DNA of 34,167 bases from Actinomycetota bacterium (GCA_019347595.1 JAHWLA010000003.1:1-34167), one strand, 5' to 3'; positions 1 to 8,715 are shown, counted from the stretch's first letter. Made by a program: numbers and translations. Notes: generated by a model not told the origin, from the sequence alone.

Positions 1-1036
1 CGATCATGTAGCCGGAGGTGGCCGCGCAGGTCACGACCGTGCCGCCCCGGGCGCACACGAACACCGAGGCGCCCATGGTCTGGCGGCCGGGGTGCTCGAA
101 GACGATGTGGGGGTCTTCACCGACGAGGGCGCGGACGTCCTTGCCCAGCCGCCGCCACTCCGACTCGTCCTGGGTGTGCTCGTCCTTCCAGAACCGGTAG
201 CCCTTCTCCTTGCGGTCGATCACGTGCTCGCAGCCGAGCTCGTTGAGCAGCTTGACCTTGTCGGGCGACGACACGATGCCGACGGGGATGCCGCCGCCGT
301 TGAGCACGTACTGCACGGCGTAGCCGCCGAGCCCGCCCGATGCCCCCCAGATGAGGACCACGTCGCCCTGCTTCATGGGGGCGCCGTTCTGGCTGACGAT
401 CATGCGGTAGCTGGTGGAGTTGGTGAGGGCGTTGACCGCCGCCTCCTCCCACGTCAGGTGGGCGGGCTTGGGCATGAGCTGGTTGGCCTTCACCAGGGTG
501 ACGTCCGCCAAGCCGCCGAAGTTGGTCTCGAAGCCCCAGATGCGCTGGTTGGCGGCGATCATGGAGTCGTCGTGGGCGGTGGGGTCCTGGTCGTCGACGT
601 GGTTGCAGTGGATGGTGACCCGGTCGCCCGGCTTCCAGTTGCGCACCGCCGAGCCCACCCGCAGCACCACGCCCGAGGCGTCGGAGCCGACCACGTGGTA
701 CGGCAGGTTGTGGCGGGCGCCCCACTGGCTCTCCTTGCCCAGCCGCTCCAGGAAGCCGAACGTCGGGAGCGGCTCGAAGATCGAGGTCCACACCGTGTTG
801 AAGTTGATGGCGCCGGCCATGACCGCCACGTACACCTCGTCGGGCGCCATCTCGGGGAGCGGCACCTGGTCGATGTGGAGCGACTTGCGGGGGTCCTTCT
901 CGTTCGAGGTCAGGCCCTCGAACATGCCGACGTCCTCCTTGCGGACGAAGGCGGCTCGGTAAGACTCGGGCAGGGGGAGCGCGGCGAGCTCGTCGCCGCT
1001 CGCGCCCCCCAGGATGGCGTCGCGGATCTCCTGCAT
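1..1036 (-). CDS. ccr: crotonyl-CoA carboxylase/reductase, N-terminal ~345 aa (3' end lies beyond the window edge)
   Basis: Own translation of the minus strand from ATG 1036..1034. It is absent from the ORF track because no stop lies in the window. Sequence blocks: MQEIRDAILGG..PLPESYRAAFVRKEDV..AINFNTVWTSIFEPLPTFGFLERLG..NQRIWGFETNFGGLADVTLVKANQLMPKP..LIWGASGGLGGYAVQ..GYRFWKDE..IVFEHPGRQT. I remember these blocks from Streptomyces Ccr. The listed + ORF 92..1060 is its antisense shadow. Confidence 0.85.
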   Translation of the reverse strand, partial: MQEIRDAILGGASGDELAALPLPESYRAAFVRKEDVGMFEGLTSNEKDPRKSLHIDQVPLPEMAPDEVYVAVMAGAINFNTVWTSIFEPLPTFGFLERLGKESQWGARHNLPYHVVGSDASGVVLRVGSAVRNWKPGDRVTIHCNHVDDQDPTAHDDSMIAANQRIWGFETNFGGLADVTLVKANQLMPKPAHLTWEEAAVNALTNSTSYRMIVSQNGAPMKQGDVVLIWGASGGLGGYAVQYVLNGGGIPVGIVSSPDKVKLLNELGCEHVIDRKEKGYRFWKDEHTQDESEWRRLGKDVRALVGEDPHIVFEHPGRQTMGASVFVCARGGTVVTCAATSGYMI

Positions 1037-1137
1037 GACGGGCAACGTACTTGCCGGTAACCGATTCGCTCCAGTGTGCCGGTAGCGGGCCCGCGTCCCT
1101 AGACTTGGCGCACGCTTACGAAGTGGGGAGGCTCACA

Positions 1138-2322
1138 ATGTCGGGTTCGGTGATCGTCGCAGGCGCTCGGACGCCCATCGGGAAGATGAGCGGGGCGCTG
1201 GCCGGGTTCAGCGGTGCGGATCTCGGCGGCTGCGCCATCAAGGCCGCGTTGGAGCGGGCCGGCGTCTCCCCCGAGGACGTCGACTACGTCTTCATGGGCC
1301 AGGTGCTCCAGGCGGGGCAGGGCCAGATCACCGCTCGCCAGGCCGCGGTCAAGGCAGGCATCCCCATGAGCGTGCCCGCCACCACCGTCAACAAGGTGTG
1401 CCTCTCCGGCCTCAACACCATCTTCCTGGCCGACCTGCTCATCAACAGCGGCCAGGCCGACATCGTGGTGGCGGGCGGCATGGAGTCGATGACCAACGCG
1501 CCCTACCTGCTGCCCGGCGCCCGGGCCGGCTACCGCATCGGCGACCAGAAGGTGGTCGACGCCATGATGCACGACGGGCTGTTCTGCGCCTTCGACGTGT
1601 GCGCCATGGGGGCGGGCACGGAGAAGTACACCAAGGGGGCAGGCACCATCTCCCGCGAGCAGCAGGACGCCTTCGCCGCCACCTCCCACGAGCGGGCGTC
1701 GGCGGCCATCAAGGAAGGCCGCTTCGCGGACGAGATCGAGCCCGTCGAGGTGCCCCAGCGGAAGGGTGACCCCGTGGTGATCGACACCGACGAGGGCGTG
1801 CGCCCCGGCACCACCACCGACTCGCTGGGCGGCCTCAAGCCCGCCTTCGCCCCCGACGGCACCATCACCGCGGGCAACGCCTCGCAGATCAGCGACGGCG
1901 GCGCCGCCGTGATCGTCATGTCGAAGGCTCGGGCCGAGTCGTTGGGCGTGCAGCCGCTGGGCGAGGTCGTCAGCTACGGCCAGGTGGCAGGCCCCGACCC
2001 GTCGCTGCTCACCCAGCCGTCGCGCTCGACCATGCAGGCGCTCGACCGAGCGGGCATGGCGGTGGGCGACGTCGACCTGTTCGAGTTCAACGAGGCCTTC
2101 GCCGCCGTGGGGCTGGCGTCGATGGCCGACCTCGGGATCGGCGAGGACGTCTGCAACGTCAACGGCGGCGCCATCTCTCTGGGCCACCCCATCGGCATGT
2201 CGGGAACCCGCCTGGCGCTGACGCTGCTGCACGAGCTCAAGCGGCGAGGCGGCGGCACCGGGGCCGCGGCCCTGTGCGGCGGCGGCGGCCAGGGCGACGC
2301 CCTCATCGTCCGCACCCTGTAG
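1138..2322 (+). CDS. acetyl-CoA C-acetyltransferase (thiolase II)
   Basis: ORF 1051..2322 with the start moved to ATG 1138 (GGGGAGG about 8 nt upstream). MSGSVIVAGARTPIGK is a canonical thiolase N-terminus. Motifs: VNKVCLSG (active-site Cys), NVNGGAISLGHPIGMSG, CGGGGQG. Confidence 0.9.
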   Translation: MSGSVIVAGARTPIGKMSGALAGFSGADLGGCAIKAALERAGVSPEDVDYVFMGQVLQAGQGQITARQAAVKAGIPMSVPATTVNKVCLSGLNTIFLADLLINSGQADIVVAGGMESMTNAPYLLPGARAGYRIGDQKVVDAMMHDGLFCAFDVCAMGAGTEKYTKGAGTISREQQDAFAATSHERASAAIKEGRFADEIEPVEVPQRKGDPVVIDTDEGVRPGTTTDSLGGLKPAFAPDGTITAGNASQISDGGAAVIVMSKARAESLGVQPLGEVVSYGQVAGPDPSLLTQPSRSTMQALDRAGMAVGDVDLFEFNEAFAAVGLASMADLGIGEDVCNVNGGAISLGHPIGMSGTRLALTLLHELKRRGGGTGAAALCGGGGQGDALIVRTL

Positions 2323-2330
2323 ACCCCGCG

Positions 2331-2375
2331 TCCCGAGCACATAGCCGGCGGATTTCGCCGGCTATGTGCTCGGGA
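2331..2375. repeat. perfect 20-bp-stem palindrome (family 1, copy A) between convergent genes; probable bidirectional hairpin terminator / REP-like element
   Basis: tcccgagcacatagccggcg-GATTT-cgccggctatgtgctcggga starts 9 nt after the thiolase stop. It has the same architecture as 25086..25122. Confidence 0.7.
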
Positions 2376-2392
2376 CTGGCAGTCGGTCAGCC

Positions 2393-2771
2393 TCAGTCGA
2401 AGGTGAGCTTCTGCTTCGTGTCCGCCTCGTAGTCGCCGGGCTCCTCGGCGGGCACGACCCGCTCGTACGCCTCCCGCACGGCGTCGATGTCGACCACCAG
2501 TTGGAACCGCGTGGAGGAAGTCGTTGCGGGTGTTGTCGAAGTCCTCGCGGGCCTGGGCGTCGGGGAACTTCCGGGCCAGCTCGAACAGGTTGCGCTTCTG
2601 GTCGATGGACGGGTCGAGCGACAGGGTGAGGAACCCGATGGCGTCGGCAGGCGTGAGCCCCGCGGCGCGAGCCGACTCGTCGGTCTGGTTGCCGCACGCG
2701 GGCAACGCCACCAGCAGTACCGCCGCCGCCACCCCGGCCGTCCATCGTCGCGTGCGCAGTCGCAGCCGCAT
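2393..2771 (-). pseudogene. small lipoprotein gene with an apparent 1-nt frameshift (or a sequencing error)
   Basis: ATG 2771 is preceded by AGGAGG. MRLRLRTRRWTAGVAAAVLLVALPAC is a signal peptide plus lipobox Cys. Third-position GC is high until about 2505-2514, then collapses in this frame. The shifted frame reads ..FQLVVDIDAVREAYERVVPAEEPGDYEADTKQKLTFD* and ends at TGA 2395..2393. The 2393..2771 span is 379 nt, not a multiple of 3. Confidence 0.55.
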
Positions 2772-2949
2772 CGCGCGTCCTCCTGTCGTCGGCGGCCACC
2801 CAGTGCGCCCGCCTACCCACCCGATCGGACTATGTCCCGGCCGGCCCGCGCAAATAGCCCTCGCCGGCAGGAGCCGCATGCCGCACCATGGAGCACCAGC
2901 AAGGACTCCAGAGCGCGCCGGTCCCGAGCTGTGCGCCGCCCGGGGTGTC

Positions 2950-2985
2950 GGGGCCTTCCCTCTCCGGGGGGACGGGGAAGGCCCC
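2950..2985 (-). terminator. GC-rich hairpin just downstream of the HD-hydrolase gene (no U tract)
   Basis: ggggccttccc (2950-2960) pairs perfectly with gggaaggcccc (2975-2985), giving an 11-bp stem. It lies 9 nt beyond the stop at 2994. Confidence 0.35.
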
Positions 2986-2993
2986 GCCCTTGC

Positions 2994-3596
2994 CTACTCG
3001 TCGGCCCTGTCGGGGCGAAGCATCCCGCCGGCGACGGCATCGGCCAGCAGCGCCTCGATGGCCGCCCCCAGCGCGGGCGACCCGTCGGCCACGTGGGCGT
3101 TGGCCTCCCGGGCCGCCCGGTGGGTGACGCCGTGGTCGACCCAGGCCCCGCCGCCCGCCGCATGGTTGAGCAGGACGGGCAGCAGCCGGTCGACGGCGGC
3201 GGCGAAGCGGGCCTCGGGCGTGTGCCGGGCCTCGAACTCCTCCCACGCCGCCCGCAGGTGGCCCGCCTGGTCGTCGGGCAGGAGGCCGAAGATGCGCTCG
3301 GCCGCCTGGGCCTCGGCCGCCTGCCTGCCCGCGCGGCCCTCGGTGTCGTAGACGAGGACGTCGCCCGCGTCGATCTCCACCAGGTCGTGGACGAGGACCA
3401 TGGTGAGCACCCGGGCCATGTCGACGGGCTCGGCGGCGTAGTCGGCCAGCACGACGACGGCCAGCGCGGCGTGCCACATGTGCTCGGCGTCGTTCTCGCC
3501 ACGGGAGCCGTCGGCCAGCGGGTTGTGGCGCACGACCTGCTTGATCCGGTCGACCTCGACCAGGAAGCGCAGCCGGCGGACCAGGCGGTCGTCCAC
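2994..3596 (-). CDS. HD-domain phosphohydrolase (YfbR-like 5'-nucleotidase family)
   Basis: 200-aa ORF with NDAEHMWH (His), LVHDLVEIDAGD (HD..D) and RFAAAVDRLLP, the layout of HD_3-type hydrolases. Confidence 0.75.
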   Translation of the reverse strand: MDDRLVRRLRFLVEVDRIKQVVRHNPLADGSRGENDAEHMWHAALAVVVLADYAAEPVDMARVLTMVLVHDLVEIDAGDVLVYDTEGRAGRQAAEAQAAERIFGLLPDDQAGHLRAAWEEFEARHTPEARFAAAVDRLLPVLLNHAAGGGAWVDHGVTHRAAREANAHVADGSPALGAAIEALLADAVAGGMLRPDRADE

Positions 3597-3598
3597 CG

Positions 3599-3802
3599 TC
3601 AGGCCAGCAGCGAGGCCAGCGCCCAGACGGCAGCCACCAGCCCCACGGCCGCCATGGTCACGCTGCGGGCCACCGGCGCCCGCTCGAGCTCGCCGTCGCG
3701 CCGGTGCTGGGGCGGGCGCACGAGGGCCAGGCCGTTGCCGACGAACATGGCCGCACCCAGGGCGAGCACGAGGGAGGGCAGGAGCTGGTCACCCAGGAAC
3801 AC
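3599..3802 (-). CDS. small two-TM membrane protein, unknown function
   Basis: ORF 3599..3892 trimmed to GTG 3802, which is preceded by GGTGGAGG. The product has two hydrophobic helices (LLPSLVLALGAAMFVGNGLAL and VTMAAVGLVAAVWALASLLA). Its stop lies 2 nt before the HD gene start. Confidence 0.45.
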   Translation of the reverse strand: MFLGDQLLPSLVLALGAAMFVGNGLALVRPPQHRRDGELERAPVARSVTMAAVGLVAAVWALASLLA

Positions 3803-4033
3803 GCCTCCACCTTGCCGGCCCGGCCCGCCGGACCAGAAAAACTCACGCTCCGTGGTATTTGTCCTCAAGCGGACGCCGCGCGGCACCGACAACCCTGGTG
3901 CGGAGTTCCCCAGCAGCCTCCGCAGCAGGCATGGCGAGGGCCGGGACTCCCTCCACCGCTTCGGTTTCCGCCGGGACGGACCCTGACCCGGCCTTCGCCC
4001 TGCCTTTCCGGCCGGGTGACGCAGGCGCAGCCC

Positions 4034-4405
4034 TCAGTGGAGCCGGTAGACCGCCGCTCGCACCGCCCGCACCAGCTCGTCCGGGTCGAACGGCTTGGTC
4101 ACGTAGCCGTCCGCACCGGCGGCGAAGGCCCGGCTCACGTCGACGTCGTCGGTCTTGCACGTGAGCATGACCACGGCGGCCGCGGGCGCCAGGTTGCGGG
4201 CCCGGCGCTGGGCCAGCACCTCGTGGCCCGACACGCCCGGCATCATGATGTCGAGCACCACGGCGTCGGGGCTGTCGTCGGCCAGGCGGTCCAGCGCGGC
4301 GGCGCCGTCGGCCGCCTGCTCGACCTCCATGCCCGCCAGCTCCAAGGAGAGGGCCGCGACATGGCGGGCGACAGGGTTGTCGTCGACCACCAGGACGCGG
4401 GGCAT
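4034..4405 (-). CDS. single-domain response regulator (CheY-like receiver)
   Basis: MPRVLVVDDN.., phospho-acceptor context AVVLDIMMPG, conserved YVTKPF. 123 aa with no output domain. Confidence 0.85.
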   Translation of the reverse strand: MPRVLVVDDNPVARHVAALSLELAGMEVEQAADGAAALDRLADDSPDAVVLDIMMPGVSGHEVLAQRRARNLAPAAAVVMLTCKTDDVDVSRAFAAGADGYVTKPFDPDELVRAVRAAVYRLH

Positions 4406-4503
4406 GCGCGTGTATCGGCACCGCGACCACGGAGGGTGAACGAGGAGCCCAAGGGGACATTTCTCCCGTCAATGCCCGCCCGTCGCAAACCGATGCTCAC
4501 ACT

Positions 4504-5226
4504 GTGGACCGCGACGCCCCCGCCCTGTCCGGCAGCCTGCTCGACTTCCGACCCAGCACGCTCCTGCACTTCCTGGGCCTGACGACCAAGACCGGCGCGC
4601 TGCGCGTCGCCACCGACGACCGCACGGTGGTGCTCTGGTTGCAGAACGGGCGCTTCGTCGGCGCGGGTGCCGGCGGCGACGACGACGTGGTGGAGGCGGT
4701 GGTGGCCGCCCTGCGGACGCCGACCGGCCGGTTCGGGTTCGAGGAGGGGGCCGTCCTGCCCGAGGCCGTGGCGACGGCGGCAGGCGGGGACCGGGGGGTG
4801 GTCGACGTGCTCGAAGAGGCGGCCGAGGCCGTCGCCGAGTGGGAGGACTGCGCCGAGGCCATCCCGTCGACCGCCATGGTGGTGACGCTGCGGCGCGGGG
4901 ACGGCGACCTGTCCCTGACGGCCGACGCCTGGTCGGTGGCGGTGGCGGTGGCGGCCGGGCACGTGACGCCTCCGGCGGTCGCCGCCCACCTCGACTGGCC
5001 CCCGCTGCGGGCGTGGCGAGCGGTCAAGGAGCTCGTCGACGCGGGCCGCGCCGGCCTGCTCCAGCCCGCCGCGCCGCCGCCCGCCGGCCCGCACGGGATG
5101 GCGGGGCCCGCGGCTGCCGTGCTCACCAGCACCGAGCGGCCGCTGTGGCCGGGTGGCGGCGTCGACAGCGGCGACTGGCGCGCCCCCTGGTACGCCGCCA
5201 CCACCGACACCACCGAACCTGCGTAG
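4504..5226 (+). CDS. DUF4388 (PATAN-like) domain protein
   Basis: GTG start. The N-terminus LSGSLLDFRPSTLLHFLGLTTKTGALRV..VLWLQNGRFV matches the DUF4388 signature (G.L..f.l.dlLq.l). The C-terminal half is low-complexity Ala/Pro. Confidence 0.6.
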   Translation: MDRDAPALSGSLLDFRPSTLLHFLGLTTKTGALRVATDDRTVVLWLQNGRFVGAGAGGDDDVVEAVVAALRTPTGRFGFEEGAVLPEAVATAAGGDRGVVDVLEEAAEAVAEWEDCAEAIPSTAMVVTLRRGDGDLSLTADAWSVAVAVAAGHVTPPAVAAHLDWPPLRAWRAVKELVDAGRAGLLQPAAPPPAGPHGMAGPAAAVLTSTERPLWPGGGVDSGDWRAPWYAATTDTTEPA

Positions 5227-5302
5227 GAAACGGCGCGCAAAGCAGCGCGATCCGTACGCAAGTTCGAGGGGGCGGGCGGCGGAGGGGGCATGATGTCGCC
5301 TC

Positions 5303-6775
5303 GTGACCGATGACGAGGGCGCAGCTCCCACGCGGCTGATCGCCCGGGCCGTTCTGGGAGGCGCGCTGGCGCTGGGGCTCGTCCTGCGGGCGTGGCTGTC
5401 GGTCACAGACGACGGCATGTACTGGCCCGACGAGGTGCACAAGACGTGGGAGCCCGCCCACCGGGTGGCCTTCGGCTACGGGTTCCAGGCGTGGGAGTTC
5501 GTGCGGGGGGCGAGCAACTGGGTGCTGGCCGGGGTGGTGGGCGGGTTGCTGTGGGCGCTGGCCGCCGTGGGACTCGACGACCCGCACCGCTACGTGATCG
5601 TGCTGCGGCTCCTGTTCTCGGCCGCCGCGCTGTCGTCCGCCTACGCCGCTGTCCGGCTGGCCGGCGCGTGGGGCGCGGGCCAGGTGGGGTCGGCCGTGGC
5701 CGGGGCGGTGACCGCGCTGGCCGCGCCGCTGCTGTACTTCTCGCACCGGGGCCTCACGGAGACGGCGTCGCTGGCGCCGGTCACGTTCGGGCTGTGGCTG
5801 ACGCTGCGGCCGGATGCCGGGCGACGCCGGTGGGTCGTGGTGGGGGCGTCGCTGCTGGGGCTGGCGGTGCTGTTCCGGGTGCACAACGCACTGTTCTGCG
5901 TGGTGGTGCTGGGCGTGCTGGCGGTGCGACGCGACTGGCCGCGGGTGGGGGTCGTCGCCGCCGTGCTGGCCGGGTGGGCCGCGCTGTTGGGGGTCGTCGA
6001 CTGGGTGACGTGGGGGGTGCCGTTCCACTCGGTGTGGGAGTACGGGCGGGTCACGTTCGTGGAGGGCGTGGCGGCCGGCTTCGGGGAGACGCCCGCCTGG
6101 TACTACCTGCGCTTCCTGTTCCACTCGATCGGTCCGGCCGTCGTGGTGCTGGCCGTGCTGGTGGCGGTGGGCGCGTGGCGGGCGCCGGGGCTGTTCGTGT
6201 GCGGCGCGTTGTTCGTGGGACTGCACTCGGTGGAGGGGCACAAGGAGGCCCGCTTCGTGCTGCCCGCGCTGCCCGCCCTGTTCGCCGTGGCGGGCGTGGG
6301 GCTCGGTGCGGTGTGGCGGTGGCGGCGGGCCGTCGGCGCCGTGGTGGCGCTGGCCGTGCTGGTGCCGGTGGTGTTCCAGGCGGTCACCATCAAGCGGCTG
6401 ACGATCCGGGACATCGGCCAGGACCACCTGTTCTTCGCCGGGTCGTCGGCGTACTTCCACAGCACGTCGACCAACCGGCTGCTGTTCGCCGCCCACCGGC
6501 AGGCCGACCTGTGCGGGCTGCGGGTGGCGTCGCTGGAGCGGGAGTGGACGGGCGGGTACACCTACCTGCACCGCGACGTGCCGGTCTACGACAAGTTCGC
6601 GGCGCCCGCCGAGTACGAGGGCCGGTACAACTACCTCATCGGCGAGTACACGGCGGGCGACCCCGGGATCGTGGCCGTCGACGGCGGGCTGGCGTTGCAG
6701 CGGGTAGGTGGCGCGTGCGCCCCGCCGGGGCCGGGCTACAGCGACCGGCTGGGCGACCCGCTGGCGGGCCGGTAG
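5303..6775 (+). CDS. polytopic GT-C glycosyltransferase, Alg9/PIG-B-like (GT22-type) mannosyltransferase family
   Basis: 490 aa and about 10 or more hydrophobic segments. The first loop, WPDEVHKTWEPAHRVAFGYGFQAWEF, resembles the HPDE..Q..E.AH..vFGyG..tWEw motif of Glyco_transf_22. Confidence 0.65.
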   Translation: MTDDEGAAPTRLIARAVLGGALALGLVLRAWLSVTDDGMYWPDEVHKTWEPAHRVAFGYGFQAWEFVRGASNWVLAGVVGGLLWALAAVGLDDPHRYVIVLRLLFSAAALSSAYAAVRLAGAWGAGQVGSAVAGAVTALAAPLLYFSHRGLTETASLAPVTFGLWLTLRPDAGRRRWVVVGASLLGLAVLFRVHNALFCVVVLGVLAVRRDWPRVGVVAAVLAGWAALLGVVDWVTWGVPFHSVWEYGRVTFVEGVAAGFGETPAWYYLRFLFHSIGPAVVVLAVLVAVGAWRAPGLFVCGALFVGLHSVEGHKEARFVLPALPALFAVAGVGLGAVWRWRRAVGAVVALAVLVPVVFQAVTIKRLTIRDIGQDHLFFAGSSAYFHSTSTNRLLFAAHRQADLCGLRVASLEREWTGGYTYLHRDVPVYDKFAAPAEYEGRYNYLIGEYTAGDPGIVAVDGGLALQRVGGACAPPGPGYSDRLGDPLAGR

Positions 6776-6781
6776 GCCGCC

Positions 6782-7528
6782 TCAGGCGGGAGGCGCGGAA
6801 TCGAGCTCGGGGACGGCCACAGTGCCATCGATCACGCCGCGAGCGACATCGGCCAGCCGGAGGCTGTGGTTGCGGGAGTAGCTGCGCAACGCAGTGAACG
6901 CCTCCTCCATGTCGAGTTCCCTGCGCTCGGCCACCATCCCCTTGGCCTGCTCGATGACGATGCGGCTGTTGAGGGCGTGGTTGAGTTGCTCGTTGAGGAC
7001 TTGCGCCTCGAGCGCGGCACGGTGCTGGAGCACGGCGATGGTGGCGACATCGGCCAGCGCCTGCGCGGCGTCGATGTCGGCTTGCCGCATCTCGCCGCGG
7101 TCGACATGGAACAGGTTGAGGGCGCCGATGACAGCACCTCGCAGGCGCATGGGCAGCGCCTGCACCGACTGGAAGCCGGCGCCTAGCGCCTCGGCCGCGA
7201 AGCGGGGCCAGCGCCCGCTCGCCGTGGAGAGGTCCTGGGCCACAACCGGCAGCCCCGTTCGGAAGGCATCGAGGCAGGGGCCTTCCTGCGCCTGGAGCTC
7301 GAACAGCTCCAGCACGCGCATGGCCTCGCTGGACGAGGCCATAACCCGCAGGCCGCCTTCAGGCGCCACCAGCATGAGCCCGGCGGCGCCGACGTCGAGC
7401 ACCTCGACGCAGCGGTCGGTGAGCAGCGTCAACAGCTCCACTACGTCGAAGTCGGCCACCAGGGTGTCGGCCAGGTCGACGAACGTCCTGGCGAGCATCG
7501 CTTCTCTGGGCATGGCCTCTCCTGTCAC
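6782..7528 (-). CDS. GAF + ANTAR domain RNA-binding regulator
   Basis: GAF part: ..GAAGLMLV..EGPCLDAFRTG..GALNLF. ANTAR part: LNHALNSRIVIEQAKGMVAERRELDMEEAFTALRSYSRNHSLRLADVAR. An alternative start is ATG 7513. Confidence 0.85.
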   Translation of the reverse strand: MTGEAMPREAMLARTFVDLADTLVADFDVVELLTLLTDRCVEVLDVGAAGLMLVAPEGGLRVMASSSEAMRVLELFELQAQEGPCLDAFRTGLPVVAQDLSTASGRWPRFAAEALGAGFQSVQALPMRLRGAVIGALNLFHVDRGEMRQADIDAAQALADVATIAVLQHRAALEAQVLNEQLNHALNSRIVIEQAKGMVAERRELDMEEAFTALRSYSRNHSLRLADVARGVIDGTVAVPELDSAPPA

Positions 7529-7628
7529 GTCGGCGTGCCCTGGGCACTCGGCCGCGGCCGGCCTGGCGCATCACCCTCCCGCGCCATGGTACGGGGACCG
7601 CCGCGAGCGAAGCGTCGCCGCCCCCGCG

Positions 7629-8354
7629 TCACGGCCTCGGGTCTTTCTCGCCGCTGTCCGCATCGAAGCGCAGCTTCCGGGACACCACGTCGGCGGCCAC
7701 CTCCGCCAGCTTGCGGTCGTTGCCGAAGGCGTAGGCCCGCAAGCGCACGAGGGCTTGGCCGACGCTGGTCTCCAGTTGGGCGGCGACCATGCCGGCCGCC
7801 TGGTGCACCACGTAGTGGAAGTCGGAGCCCGCCTCCAGCTCGCCGGCCAACCTCCCGGCCGGCGCACCTGCTTGCAGCACGAGCACGGCCTGGGCGGCGA
7901 CATCGGCCATGACCAAGGCGTCGGCATGCTGGTCGTCGGTGAGCTCCCCGGGACGTTCGCAGTAGAGGTTGAGCGCGCCGAGACGGGCCGCTCCCACCTG
8001 AAGGGGGAAGCCGAAGACAGCACGCGCTCCGGCCTCGACCGCAGGGCCGCTGAAGGCGGGCCATCGAGGCGTTCGGGGACGAGCCAGGTCGGGTTCGAGC
8101 ACCGGCCGGTCGTCCTGGTAGGCGTCGACGCACGGGCCCTCCCCGAGGTCGTACTGCAACTGCTCGATGAGGTCGCTCACGTCGTCGGTGGTGCACACCG
8201 AGCCGCGGGGCACGTCGCCGGCCATGAGCATGATGCCCGCGCCGGTCGTCCCCGTGGCCTCCGCGCACACCTCGCAGAGTCGCTTGGTCTCCGACCCCGA
8301 GGTGCCGCCGATACCGAGCAGGTCGAGGATCCGTAGCCGCCGTTCGCCCGCCAC
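7629..8354 (-). CDS. GAF + ANTAR domain RNA-binding regulator (paralogue of 6782..7528)
   Basis: ..GAGIMLMAG..EGPCVDAYQDD..LGALNLYCERPG.., then HYVVHQAAGMVAAQLETSVGQALVRLRAYAFGNDRKLAEVAADVV (ANTAR). Confidence 0.8.
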   Translation of the reverse strand: MAGERRLRILDLLGIGGTSGSETKRLCEVCAEATGTTGAGIMLMAGDVPRGSVCTTDDVSDLIEQLQYDLGEGPCVDAYQDDRPVLEPDLARPRTPRWPAFSGPAVEAGARAVFGFPLQVGAARLGALNLYCERPGELTDDQHADALVMADVAAQAVLVLQAGAPAGRLAGELEAGSDFHYVVHQAAGMVAAQLETSVGQALVRLRAYAFGNDRKLAEVAADVVSRKLRFDADSGEKDPRP

Positions 8355-8358
8355 TGCG

Positions 8359-8715
8359 TCACGGCCCCCCGCCGGCGGCCGCGCTCCGCTCGACGAGGTC
8401 CGCGGCGCCGCACAGACTGAGCACTCGCTGTGCGCACGGCGAGGGCGACCGCAGCACCACGGATCGAGACTGCAACCGGAGGATCGCTCGCGCTCGGAGG
8501 ATCACGCCGACGGTCGCCACGGCCATGAACTCCACCTCATGCAGCTCAACTACGACATCGGCCTCGCCTGTCGCCATGGCCCGAGCCATGGCGGCCGAGA
8601 ACACGTCGGCGTTGAAGGCGTCGTGCTCGCCCGACAGGCAGATGGTCGTCGGTCCCACCGTCGCGACCACGTCTCGGGACGAGATGGTCCCGCAAGAACC
8701 CCCGGTTCGTGCCAT
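8359..8715 (-). CDS. STAS-domain anti-sigma-factor antagonist-like protein
   Basis: 118 aa. ..ICLSGEHDAFNADVFSAAMARAMATGEADVVVELHEVEFMAVATVGVILRAR.. is typical SpoIIAA/STAS topology. It lies 4 nt upstream of the next ANTAR gene. Confidence 0.7.
   Translation of the reverse strand: MARTGGSCGTISSRDVVATVGPTTICLSGEHDAFNADVFSAAMARAMATGEADVVVELHEVEFMAVATVGVILRARAILRLQSRSVVLRSPSPCAQRVLSLCGAADLVERSAAAGGGP

Noticed and set aside
92-1060. 322-aa plus-strand ORF at the left edge
   Set aside because: It is antisense to the clearly recognisable ccr reading frame, and its translation has no motifs.
1037-1137. Direct repeat GCCGGTA..GCCGGTA in the ccr-thiolase divergent region as an operator
   Set aside because: A 7-bp repeat in GC-rich DNA is within chance expectation, and no palindromic structure or known regulator lies nearby.
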